Positions 43,700 through 54,328 of a DNA stretch of 64,000 nucleotides are shown in pieces. Source of the stretch: Hyaloraphidium curvatum SAG 235-1 (Eukaryota; Fungi; Monoblepharomycota); contig JAIVFI010000046.1 of assembly GCA_025558095.1 (NCBI GenBank), positions 1 through 64,000 on the forward strand, given 5' to 3'. The position numbers and the translations under genes were made by a program. Under the pieces are notes generated by a model. That model was given only the letters and a program-made list of their open reading frames with translations. It did no database searches and was not told the origin of the DNA. Position 1 is the first letter of the stretch, and the number at the start of each line of letters is the position of its first letter.

Positions 43700-44106
43700 C
43701 AATAGATTGGTGATTGCATCTCGGAGGAAGTGTACGTGGGCCGACAGTCCCGGCAGCAACCGTCCGCAACGTCCTCCGGCGCGAATCCCCACGACCTGTG
43801 CAGGATCATCGCGGCCCGTGCAGGGGATCCCGCTCGGGCAGGTGGGCCGCCGCCGGTCCCGGCGTTAATCGCAGGGGACTTGGCTGACGTTGCGGTTGGG
43901 ACCGCCCTGCTTCGCAGTGCATCTCGCAGCTGTGCACCTGGGCGGGCAAGGTCGTCCGGCTCTGGGACGAGCGATCCACGTCGGTTTCGGTGGGGCTGGT
44001 CTTGATGGGACGGAGGGAACCGGGTCTTTTGTCGTTGGTGTAGCCGTGGACGGGATCGCGAATGGAGTCCGTTTTCTCCACTCCGTTCCGCGCAATCCGT
44101 GTCCCG
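43700..44106. repeat. Inverted partner of the 37695-38110 repeat
   Basis: Shares the blocks listed for 37695-38110; both copies translate HD.CRI..GIPLGQVG..AVH.AAVHL..GSFVV.VAV.GIANGV. Confidence 0.75.
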
Positions 44107-44909
44107 TCGAGAATGTTGGGGATCAGACGCCCTCGCCCACGCGGGCTCTCGTTTTGGGATCGTCGGGGCTAGTGTGGAGGAAGTGCGCAGTCGTTTGCTG
44201 CGCAGTCGCAGTCGGCTACGCAGTCGCGACGGAGTCGTAACAGCGTCGCAACGGCGTCGCAACGGCGCACAGCCACATCCCACACATATGTAAAGCGCGC
44301 AGCTGCGCACGTAGAATCTTTGCCGAAGTCACTCATCTCTGAGCATGCCGCGCGAAAGGCCGCAGCCGTCACTCCGAACCCTGAGCTACACGTCGCCAAG
44401 CGCGGTCCCGCGCTGTCAGAGAACCCAGGTCCGACGACGTTGTTTGAACCGGGACTAAACATCCGCGTGGCAAGCCGGCTTGTGCACATCATCCGCGGCC
44501 TGCCTCCGACCGTCACTCGGCGCTCGCGGAGGAGCCGGATCGGGCACCGCTCCGGGGTCTCCTGCTGCTCATCGGCCACGCCGCGCCGGGCCGGCTACCT
44601 CTCGACAAGGACAGGCCTGTTCGCGCCGACGCAGCGACCATATGGACGCCAAGGACCGCCGATCCGCAACGCACGGTGGGCCTCGCTCCCCCGCACGGCG
44701 GTTCCTCCCCAATCACCTCCCTATTCTTGGTTGCCGGCAGCGGAGCGGAGCCCCCATACAGGACGAGGTCCGCGACCATCCGCCTCCGAGCCCGGTGTCG
44801 ACGAATGTATGATGCATCGTGCGGACGGCGGATGGGGAGGACGCGGAACGGACGGTCCGCCGGGAGAGTCGGATGCGATCCCGGACGGCACGCATACGTC
44901 CTCTGGGGG

Positions 44910-45905
44910 TCAGCCCCCGCCGGCATACGCGTCCCCGTCGCCCGCCCCCGCCCCCACCTCCGCATCATCTCCCCGCACGACGACCTCGACCCCCGCCCCC
45001 GCGCCCCCGAAAAACTCCCGCTCCCTCCGCCGGCGATCGAACCCCCCGCACGCGGCCATCGCCGCGCACACCGTCCGCCCCGCCGGCCAGGCGGCCTCCG
45101 ACACCGCGGCGCGGATTTCGTTGGCGGAATGGCGCGCGGAGAAATGGAGGAGCACGACGGTGCCGCGCTTTCCGGCATCGGGGGCGTTTGTGTCGTGCGC
45201 GGAGAGGGCGAAGACGAGGTCCGGGAGCGAGAGGTGCGCGTGCTTGCGCGCCGCGTGCGGGTCGGAGAGGTACGTGCATTCGAGGAGGACCAGCTCCGTC
45301 GCGGAGAAGAGGCGCGGGCAGGGGGGCGCCGCGGTGTCGCCCGAGTAGGACACCTCGGCTTCGCGCACGGGGGAGTACAGGTCCTGCCCCGCGGCGGCGG
45401 CGGCGCGCTTCTGCTCGGGGGAGGCGTGTAGGAAGTGCTCCTTCAGCTGGCGGCGCGTCCGGTGGATCAGGTAGCCGACGGCGGGGACGCGATGCGCGGC
45501 GGGGAGCGCCTCGGCTTCCAGGCCGCCTCCCAGGTCCTCCACGTCGCCGGGAGCGACGCCGACGATCCGCATCGGCAGCTGCTCGCCGCCCAGGGCCGCC
45601 ATCTCCGCCCTCGCGCGCTCCAGTCCGTCGGCGGCCTCCCGCGGGACGAGGTACGCCGCGGGCTTCAGCCCCGATATCTCGCGCCACCGCGCGTGCGCAA
45701 ACACGCCCGCAAGATGGTCCGCGTGGCCGTGCGTGATCAGCACCGCGTCGGCCTTGCCAGCCGCGCGGGGGTCGAGCCCGGCGGGGCCGCAGTCCAGCAG
45801 CACCGTGCGGCGCGGGGCCTGGGCGCCGGGGGAGGGCGAGTACGAGAGGAGGACGGAGGTCGAGTGCCCGGCGAGGGAGTAGGCGGAGAGGATGGACCAG
45901 GGCAT
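44910..45905 (-). CDS. Short (TM/plant-type) tRNase Z-like metallo-beta-lactamase
   Basis: YSLAGHST, LDCG, THGHADH, HRVPAVGY, LKEHF arm, SGDT, LECTY, HFSARH. Confidence 0.8.
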   Translation of the reverse strand: MPWSILSAYSLAGHSTSVLLSYSPSPGAQAPRRTVLLDCGPAGLDPRAAGKADAVLITHGHADHLAGVFAHARWREISGLKPAAYLVPREAADGLERARAEMAALGGEQLPMRIVGVAPGDVEDLGGGLEAEALPAAHRVPAVGYLIHRTRRQLKEHFLHASPEQKRAAAAAGQDLYSPVREAEVSYSGDTAAPPCPRLFSATELVLLECTYLSDPHAARKHAHLSLPDLVFALSAHDTNAPDAGKRGTVVLLHFSARHSANEIRAAVSEAAWPAGRTVCAAMAACGGFDRRRREREFFGGAGAGVEVVVRGDDAEVGAGAGDGDAYAGGG

Positions 45906-46039
45906 CCTCAGGTGGAGAGGTGGACTCGCGGCGGTTAGACGTCTAAGCTAGCCCGGACCGCAGATACCTTTTCCGCTCCTCCTAAGTCTCCTCCACCTCC
46001 CTCGAATTCGCCCTCCCTCCTCCTCCTCCCCCCTCCATT

Positions 46040-47229
46040 ATGCTCTCCCGCACGCCGCGCTCCCCGCGCCCCGCGCCCGCCGCGCCCGCCGCCCCGCTCG
46101 CGCGCCTCGAGTCGCTGCTCTCCCGGCTCGAGCACCTGCCGCTCACCGCTCCCGCGGACCGCGCGGACGCCCGGGACAGGGCGCGGGAGGAGGAGGCCGA
46201 CGCGCGGTGGCGGAGGAAGGACGCCGTGGCGGCGCTGCTGCGGGACGAGGTGGCCGCGCTGCGCGGTGGGTTCCCCGCTCGGGCGGCGCGGGACGGGGCT
46301 GACCCGGGGAGCAGAGCAGGACGCACGGAACCAGGCGCGGATCCGGCACTTGCTCTGTCTCTTATCGGAGGACGGCGGTGCGGGAGATTGGGAACGGGAG
46401 GGGGACGCCGGGGACGCGTGGAGGGTCGTGGACAGGATGGTCGGTCCTCCCCCGCCCGGCCCGGTCTGCGGGGGCTGACACCCGGTCGGACGCAGAGGCA
46501 GCGCACGGACTCGCTGCTCGCAGCCTCGGACGCCGCGCGGCTGGCGGCCTCCGAGCAGCACGCGAGGGAGGTGGAGGAGCTGCAGGGGAAGCTCGCGCGC
46601 GCGAGGGAGCTCGTGAGGGACGCGGTGAAAGAGGCGGCGGAGACGCGGAGGGAGGTGGGGGAGGTGCTGAAGAGGGCGGCGGAGGAGGAGGAGGGGAGGA
46701 GGAGGAGCGAGGAACGGGAGAGGGAGAGGGAGAGGGAGGCGAGGGAGAGGGAGGCGAAGGAGCGGGAACGGGAGGACGACGCGGGACCGGACACGCAGCT
46801 GCTCGCCGAGCTCGACGCCTCCCGCGACGCCCTCCGCAGGCTGGAAGCCCGCAACGCCGAGCTCGCCCTCCTCCTCGCGGAATCCCGGAAGGAGTGGGTC
46901 CGCCGCCGCCCCCTTCCCCCCCGTCTCGGGGAGCTGACGATCCCGCGCCCCGCCGCAGGACCGCCGAACTGCGCCGTCTCCGCGCATCGGATCTGGACTC
47001 GTTCTCCGGCGACCTCGCGGTGGCGAGGGCGCAGCTCAAGTCCCTGCGCTCCTCCCTCGCCGCGCTGACCCGCCCCCCCGTCGAGGACCGCGACCGGGTG
47101 TTCTCGGCCAAGGACGAGGGCCGGGCGCGCCGGCTGGCGGATGCGGAGCGCACGGCCGGGCGGGCGGGCAACTTTCTGTCGGGGATGGGCGCCGCGGTGC
47201 GGTCGATGCGCGGGGAGGCGCCGTCGTAG
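46040..47229 (+). CDS. Coiled-coil protein of unknown function, several introns
   Basis: E/R/A-rich heptad segments separated by GT..CTGAC..AG introns; final exon ends RSMRGEAPS*. Confidence 0.55.
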
Positions 47230-47528
47230 CGCGGGGGCCTCGGTCGGCGACCGACGATCCGCCCGGGCCGGGGAACGCGACGACGACGCAGGCACGGCCA
47301 ACGCATGGGAACACGGCGGGGAACTACCTGGCCGGGAATCCGTCCGGCAATGTCGGAGTGATTGGGGCGGTCTGTGCGGAGTCTTGGAGCTACATCGGCG
47401 GGCGCACTCCCGCCCATGCGCCCATCCTTGTCCCCGACGCAGCACGCGTTGGCACATGGTCCGATCCGGGCGTCCCGCGTGCCCCCCTGGTCCGTCCGGG
47501 GCGGTTCCCCGCCCGCCCGCCGATCCGC

Positions 47529-48656
47529 TCACGCGGCCGGCGCCGCGCAGTACGTCCCCAGCTGCAGCCGCAGCCCGAACGCGCGGAACAGCGTCGCGCA
47601 GACCCTCGCCACGGCGACGCCGAGGTTGGCCAGCGAGGCGGCGGTCACCCCGAACCCTAGGAACGTGGCGCGCGGGAGGCCCGTCGAGATGCGGTCCATG
47701 GCGTCGCGGTGGGAGGCGAGGAAGGCGGCGAGCGCCGGTGCGCGCGGGGACGGGCCCGCGGGGGGAGGCGAGTTGAGGTCCGCGAGGAGCGAGGCGAGGG
47801 CGTCGGCGGACGCGCGGTACGTGCGCGCGACGGCGTCCGCGGAGGCGTTGACGAGCGCCAGGGTCGCGAGCACGAGGCCGGCGAGGTTCAGGTTGAACAG
47901 GGGGAAGGCCAGGCCCCAGGCGGGGAAGCAGGAGCCCCCCGCGGGGAGGGAGCACAGGAGCGCGCCCAAGACGCAGGCGGCGGAGCCGGCGAGGGGAACG
48001 TGGATGTAGGCCGGTCCCACGTTGTCGTGGACAAAGACCTGCACGTCCGATGCCACCCGCGCGTAGAGCGCTGGGAGCGGGTAGGCACCGGGCGGCGCCG
48101 AACCGGCCGGGCCGTCGCCCCCGTCGGGATGGATCTCCTCCCGGACGAGATCCGCGCAGGCGCCGACGAAATCGGCGCACGCAGTCCGCGCCGCGCGCAG
48201 CTGCACGGCGGCGACGAGGCGGGTGTTGACCCATCTGAGGACGCCGGATCCCCTCGACGGCGCGGCGACGAGGCCGGCGCAGACGGCGGCGAGGTACACG
48301 GCGAAGCAGGCCGCGGCCCAGCCCTGGGTCCGCAAAGGGCTCGCCGATCCGGCAGCCCAGACGTCCCAAGAGCACAGCGTCACGATGGCGGCCATGATCC
48401 CTCCGGAGAGACCGAAATGGAACAGCACAAAGCGCAGGACCACGGGGAGGCCGCCCAGGCACTCCGGGCAGGGGCAGGTGTCGGAGCGCCGGAAACCGGA
48501 CCTGGCGGCTTCGGCACCCGCGTCCGGAGCGGCCGACTCCGGATCAGCGCCGCCTGCAGGCCTGTACAGCGATTCCAGCGCCTCAAAATCGCTGCCCGGT
48601 GGGCGGTGCTGGTAGAACGAATCCTTGTCCGGGCGCTCCCCCGCGGTGCGTATCCA
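47529..48656 (-). CDS. Multi-pass membrane protein, possibly gustatory-receptor-like (7TM ion channel superfamily); 5' end lost or fused; first in-frame ATG at 48395
   Basis: CPCPEC motif, several TM helices, long amphipathic helix, terminal ATFLGFGVTAASLANLGVAV. Confidence 0.45.
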   Translation of the reverse strand, partial: WIRTAGERPDKDSFYQHRPPGSDFEALESLYRPAGGADPESAAPDAGAEAARSGFRRSDTCPCPECLGGLPVVLRFVLFHFGLSGGIMAAIVTLCSWDVWAAGSASPLRTQGWAAACFAVYLAAVCAGLVAAPSRGSGVLRWVNTRLVAAVQLRAARTACADFVGACADLVREEIHPDGGDGPAGSAPPGAYPLPALYARVASDVQVFVHDNVGPAYIHVPLAGSAACVLGALLCSLPAGGSCFPAWGLAFPLFNLNLAGLVLATLALVNASADAVARTYRASADALASLLADLNSPPPAGPSPRAPALAAFLASHRDAMDRISTGLPRATFLGFGVTAASLANLGVAVARVCATLFRAFGLRLQLGTYCAAPAA

Positions 48657-50728
48657 TTACCACGCCAGATTCTGCACGACGTCGGCGACGAGGTCCGGGT
48701 CTGCCGGGGAGCTGAAGTTGGGGGCGGCCAGCCCCAGCCCGCTCCCCACCACGCTCTCCAGCCCCACGACCAGCAGGAACAGGAAGAACTTCCCCGCGTC
48801 TGCTCGCAGCCCGACCATCCAGTAGACCGCCGATGCGAAGGCAAGCACGCTGCCCGTGATCAGAGGGAGGTACGCGAGCCCCTGGGCGAGGAAGACGGAG
48901 GAGGTGCGGTAGGTGCCCGACTGGCGCTCGCGGACGATGATGCGCCGCTGGGAGGGGAAGCGGTTGACGAGGGGCGTCATGCTGAGGAACGTGGCCTGGA
49001 TGAGATGTAGAAGAGCACGCCGTATTGGGACTGTGGGTTCCACAGACACATCCCGCGCAACGTTCGCATCAGTCAACGTCGAGCGAGCCCGTGGACCACC
49101 CCACCTGTAGCGCCTGCTGCGTCTCCGACGCCCCCACCCTCAGGAACGTCAGCCCGATCAGCACCACCAAGATCCCCGCCTGCCCCATCACCGCCAGCGT
49201 CACCCCCTTGGTCCTGTACGTGTTCCGCGCCGCCCGCTGCCAGAGGAGGAAGAACTCGCGCGGCCAGGGGAGCTGGCGCCGGGCTTTGGCGAGCTCCGGG
49301 GCGGGAGGGGGGAGGTTCGGGTCGGCGAGATGCGGGTCCGGGGGAGGGTGGGAGGAGGAGATCAGCAGGTCGATGCGGGCGGTGGAGGCGGCGAGGCCGT
49401 CGGGGGTGCCCGAGTCGGGGGTGACCATGTCGAGCTACCTGAGGGCGAGCCGAAGAAATGGTCAGAGGAGCGCTCGCCCGACGGTCACACCCGGTCCACG
49501 CCCACCAGTCCGCCGGGTTCGTCCCCCGCGGGGCTTCCGTCCCGAGCACGCGCTCAAAGGGCGCCGTGGCCTCTCTCGCCGGTCCGAAGAAGACGGTGCG
49601 ACCGTTGGCGACTAGTAGCACCTTAACGAAGAGCTGTTGGTAAAAGCGGCCATCGCAGCGGTGAGACGGTCTCGCCAGGCCGCATTGAGTCCTCCACCAA
49701 CGTCCAGTATCGTCTCCGGCGGCTGGTGCAGGACGGCCACCACGATCCTGTTGGACACGTCGCACATCCTGCGCAGGGTCGACACGAGCTCGAACGAGGT
49801 GTTGGCGTCCAGCCCCGAGGTGGGTTCGTCGAGGAAGACGATCGATGGGGAGGTGACGATCTCGACGCCGATCGAGACCCGCTTGCGCTGTGGGTCCGCG
49901 CGTACGTAAATCAACCGGCAATGGTTCATTTACGTCCTCGGTACCCACCTCGCCCCCCGAAAGGTGCTTCACCCCCACCTCCGCACGCGATCCAGCCTCA
50001 GGCTCGAGATGATCAGGTCCGTCCGCGCCTTGGGGTCCAGCCCGGTCGATTTCGGGAGCCGCAGCAGGGCTGCGAAGGAGATGGTTTCCTCGACGGTGAG
50101 CTCCTCGAAGAGCAGGTCGGCCTGTGGGTCAACGTCGATCAGCCGCTGAGCAGCTCATCTCATCTGAACCGCACCGAGCCACCTGCATCACGTACGCTGC
50201 CGCCCCCTTCCACTCCCTTTCGTCCCTCCGCCGCCCGTTCCAGAGCACCGTCCCGCCGAGCTCGCCCCCCTTGGGCAGCCTTCCCGCCAGCGCGTTCATC
50301 ACCGTGCTCTTGCGGCCCCCGATCCGCCGAGGATCCCGACGAGCTCGCCGGAGCGCACGGAGCCGGAGATGCCGGAGACGATGGCACGGCGGGACTTGCG
50401 GGCGCGGCGAAAGGTGGAGAAGAAGCCTCCTCCGCTGGAGGAGCCATCGCTGCCGGCCGCGGTGTCGTCCGAGGGCGCGTGAACGGCTTCCAGACCGACG
50501 GAACTGAGCGAGATGGCCGTCGGCTTGCGCTCGCCGATGCCCTGCCGCCTCGGACGGCCTTCGTCGACCGCCACGTCGGCACCCTTTCCCTTGCGCTCCT
50601 CCACCTCGTAGCGAAGGTCCCTCCAGACGAGCAGCGAATCTGGCAGGCGGACGGTTGGGACATTGCCAATGTCCGGCGCCCCGATCTGCAACGACAAATG
50701 GCATCGCTCTGATCGAGAACCGTGGCAT
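48657..50728 (-). pseudogene. ABCG (White-family) half transporter, frameshifted and truncated
   Basis: GELVGILGGSGA/KST with 1-nt loss (~50312); LSGGE|RKRVSIGVE; FLDEPTSGLD; LHQP; NPADW; IIVRERQSGTY. Further lesions near 49980 and 49005; last TM helices missing. Confidence 0.8.
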
Positions 50729-50841
50729 CTGTTTTCGGGAGCGTCTGGACTCCTAGGGGAAGCGTCCCTCGAAGGGACCCACCCACGTCGGCCGCCGGTC
50801 CCTAGCAGCCACCGAACTCCCGAACCCAACGCAACGCCACG

Positions 50842-53837
50842 ATGGCGCGCCGCGCTGGCCTCTTGGCGGCACTGATCGCGCTCTCCGGGGCCCTGCGAGC
50901 CTCGGCGGCCGGGATGTGGCCCGCGGACGCGAGCATCGAGCTGAACGGCGGGCCGCTCCCGAAGGGCGCGAGCGACTGGCGGCAGTGCGCCCGGCTCGTG
51001 GCGGTCAACAGCGGTCAGCACGCGGCGGAACTCTTTGAAGGAGAACTTGAAATTGTCGGAGGCATCGTGGACTGGGTGGCGGCCGCGTCGCCGGCGACGC
51101 TGCGGCCCTCGGATGAGGCGACCGATGTCTACACGCTCGCGCCGGCGCCGGCGTTCGTCGGTCCGATCGCCGCCGGGGAGTCGATCACGCTGGCCAACTT
51201 CTGCGTTGTCTACCGCACGTCGTGGAGGGCCGGGCCCGCCGTGCGGTTGGCCTCCGCGGAGAGCTACGTCGCCCTCGCCGTACGCGACCCATACACCGCA
51301 CGCGACTCGTACGCCCGGCTTTCGCCGCGCCAGGCCGGCCTCTTCTACCCCAACTGGGATACCGGCCAGTGCCGCTGCAAGCTGGCTGGCCGGGCCGTCG
51401 AAGACCCGGCACCCCCAACAACCACCCGCAGGACGACAACTCTGGCGGCCCCTACCACCAAGGCCCCTCCGCCGCCCCCGCCGCCGGCGACGTCGACCCT
51501 GACGACCACGTCCCTGACCCTGGTAAGTCTGCCGGGCGGGCTGCGCTCTCCTCTGACCCCGCTCTCGTGGCTTCAGACCCCATCCACGACTCCGACACTC
51601 ACGATCACGCAGACCACTTCGACCTCGCTCACGACGACCTCCGTGACCACGAGTACCTCGACGTCGCTCACGCGGACCACCTCCCAGTCGACCACCACCA
51701 CCTACACCTCCTCGACTACCATCACCCCCATCTGCGTGCCCGTAACCCCCCCTGTGGTCCCCATCGGCCAATCCGGCCAGGAAAACTCGGGCTACCTCCA
51801 GCTCGTCAAGCCCATTACCCCTCCGGGCGTCAACTTCACCGCCAACTCAGGCGGCGACGGCTGGGACCTCGGCTTCCACGAAGACGGTTTGCGCGTGTTC
51901 AACATCTACCACCACAAGAACCCCTGGGGCATGGACTGTCACGTCAAGTCCGACGGGTCACGGTGCGCTGGATACCCGTGGAACACGTCCGCCTCGGGGT
52001 ACACCATCGGCTCGCCGCTGCAGTCGGCGGTGCAGTTCCACCCCACCAAGCCCAACGTCATGGTCAGCTGGGTCATGATGATGATCGGAAGCCAGTCGGC
52101 GACGGCGGTCATGATGGTCGACATCGGGGCGAGCGCCGAGGACGTGCCAAAATTCGTCGGGGTGTGGAACGTGACGAGGCCGGGGTACGGGAGCAACCCC
52201 TACAGCGTGGGGTCCAACTACGGACCGTCGCCGGGTCCCATCGTCGACACGAAGTTCTACGGCTTCAACGGTGGGCCAGCCGCCCCCTTTCGGAGCGACC
52301 TGCCGTCTCACGCCCGGTCGCAGGTGCGATCAACTACGGCTCCAACGCCGAGCGCAACGCCATCCTGTGCTTCGACGTCGCCACGAACAAGGTATGCCCC
52401 GGATGCTCCCGCATAGCAGTCCGTCCCGCTCACCCGTACGGTCCAGACCTGCTCGGGCACCCCCCTCTCGCCACCCTTCTGGAGCGGCTGGATGAACGCC
52501 GGCGCCGTGAGCCGCCCCCGACTTGCCCCCCCCCGGATCCCGCTCACCTTGTCCGCCGGGCAGTACACCAACTGGATCACGCTGATCAACAACTACTTCT
52601 ACGTCTACGCCCCGGGCAAGGTCACCGGCGACGCGACGTTCAAGAACGTCATCACGTGCATCGGCATCACCGGGAGCCCATGTACGTCCAATTTCGCTGC
52701 CACGCATCTGCCCCCCGCTCACGCGTCGCGCAGGCCCCGGAACGTGGCCCGTCAACGTCACCACGGCCCCGCTGGCGGACGGCAAGGACGCCGCGGACCT
52801 TTTCCCGTACTACAACAACACGGACGTGATCGCTAAGGGCGTCTGCCTCGGCGGCAGCGGTGCGATGGTCAACAACGTGCCGGCGCACTGCTGGGACTTC
52901 ACCGGGCGGTTCATCGGATGTGGGTTTCTCACCCGCACCGGCCTCACCGCCTCTTCTGACCCTTTTGGATCCAGCGCTCAACACCCGCAACACGGGGCTG
53001 CGGTACTACGTCACCCGCGGCGCCATGTTCTCCGGCACCAAGCTTCTGCTCCCTTCGGGCGGCGGCGTGGGGTGCATCGACATCGCAACCAACGGCACGT
53101 GCGGGAGCATGTATCCCACGGGGAACTTTGCCCCTGCGTCGGACCTGAACAGCGGGTGGTACAGGAGCTATACCATCACGAAGGAGACAGCGTCGTGCTA
53201 CTGGTGCGTGCACCCCGCGCGCGCGCGGATCCGCCGCGGCTGACTTGCGCCCTTCGGCGTGCAGGGTGAACGGCGACGCGGGCAACATCTGGAACTTTGA
53301 CGCGGTGACGGGGACCATGGGGTGCGGCAACGTGCCGGGAGGCGGGGACTACTTCTCTCCCATCAGCCTGATCGACTCGGTCAAATGGTACGGCGCGCTT
53401 CCTGTGCCTTTGCACCTCGCATGCTCAACGTCGCGCCCTCCACCAGCTCCCAGAACGTCACTGGCTTCACCGCGTGGCAGCTCACCTCTGTCAACGGGCT
53501 GTGGTCCAACGCCACGGTCAACTTCTTCGACTCGGTCGGCCGCCCCGTGCCCAACTGGACCGGGGTCAAGCTGCAGGGGGCCGCGGGCACGCCGCAGAAC
53601 GTCACGCTGGGGCCCAACTTCCCCGTGGGCAACGCGTTCAACTTCGAGATCTTCTTCTCGGGGCTGTACTGCTCAAACTGCTCCTACACGTGAGTCGTCG
53701 ACGGCTTCGGGGTCCTCGCGCAGTGCTGACGCAACATCGTCCTCCGCAGGTACAAGGTGTTCTACGCCGCGACGCAGCAGCACTGCTGCAACTTCGTGAT
53801 CGGGGACGAGCCGTACCAGAGCGCCATCAACTGGTAG
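50842..53837 (+). CDS. Large secreted Cys/Asn/Gly-rich protein with a Thr-rich linker; many introns
   Basis: Signal peptide MARRAGLLAALIALSG; poly-Thr stalk; repeated C[FIW]D..T..C beta-type motifs; many NxS/T sites. Confidence 0.65.
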
Positions 53838-54328
53838 GCTGGACGGAGCATTTGTCGGGGACTAGAGGGCGCGGGGTGTGAGAGTTGTCGAGTTGTTTGT
53901 CTTGTTCAGGGTTGGAATACAAGTGTGAAAATACTGCGAAGGAGGGTCAGAGTGGCTGGGCATCTCGTCCCACGGTCGGGGAAGCACAGCCCGGATGCCT
54001 GCCATCCCGCGCTGGTGAACAGGATCGGACTCAATTGCGTCTCGGAGTAACGGGCGAAATGTTGCAGCGATTTCTACAGTGCGGATCGGCAGAGCTGCTG
54101 GCGAGCAGACATCTCGGGCCTCGATAGTTCGAAGCGCAGAACCGAGGCCGGCTTCTCCGGCGCGTGCGCACCTGGGAGCGAGGCATCCAGAGGCGGACAT
54201 CCTGATGACATTAGATGGCCGGACTTTCATATGGTGTGTGTGTCCGATCTGTTTGGCCGTCAGCAAGGAAACCGCGCCTCATCTGACCGCCCGCTTTGCC
54301 GCCGGGCCGCCGCCCTCCCCCGCCGGAA

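Noticed and set aside
41778-43868. 696-aa ORF as an extended hydrolase fusion
   Set aside because: The N-terminal part is antisense to glutaminase and the ORF reads through introns; the real gene is 42516-43647
44040-44075. IRDPVHGY resembling the start of an HD-domain dNTPase
   Set aside because: No downstream HD motifs; substitutions against the partner repeat do not favour that frame
46680-46775. GAGAGG/GAG purine repeat
   Set aside because: Encodes the E/R-rich coiled coil; low-complexity coding sequence
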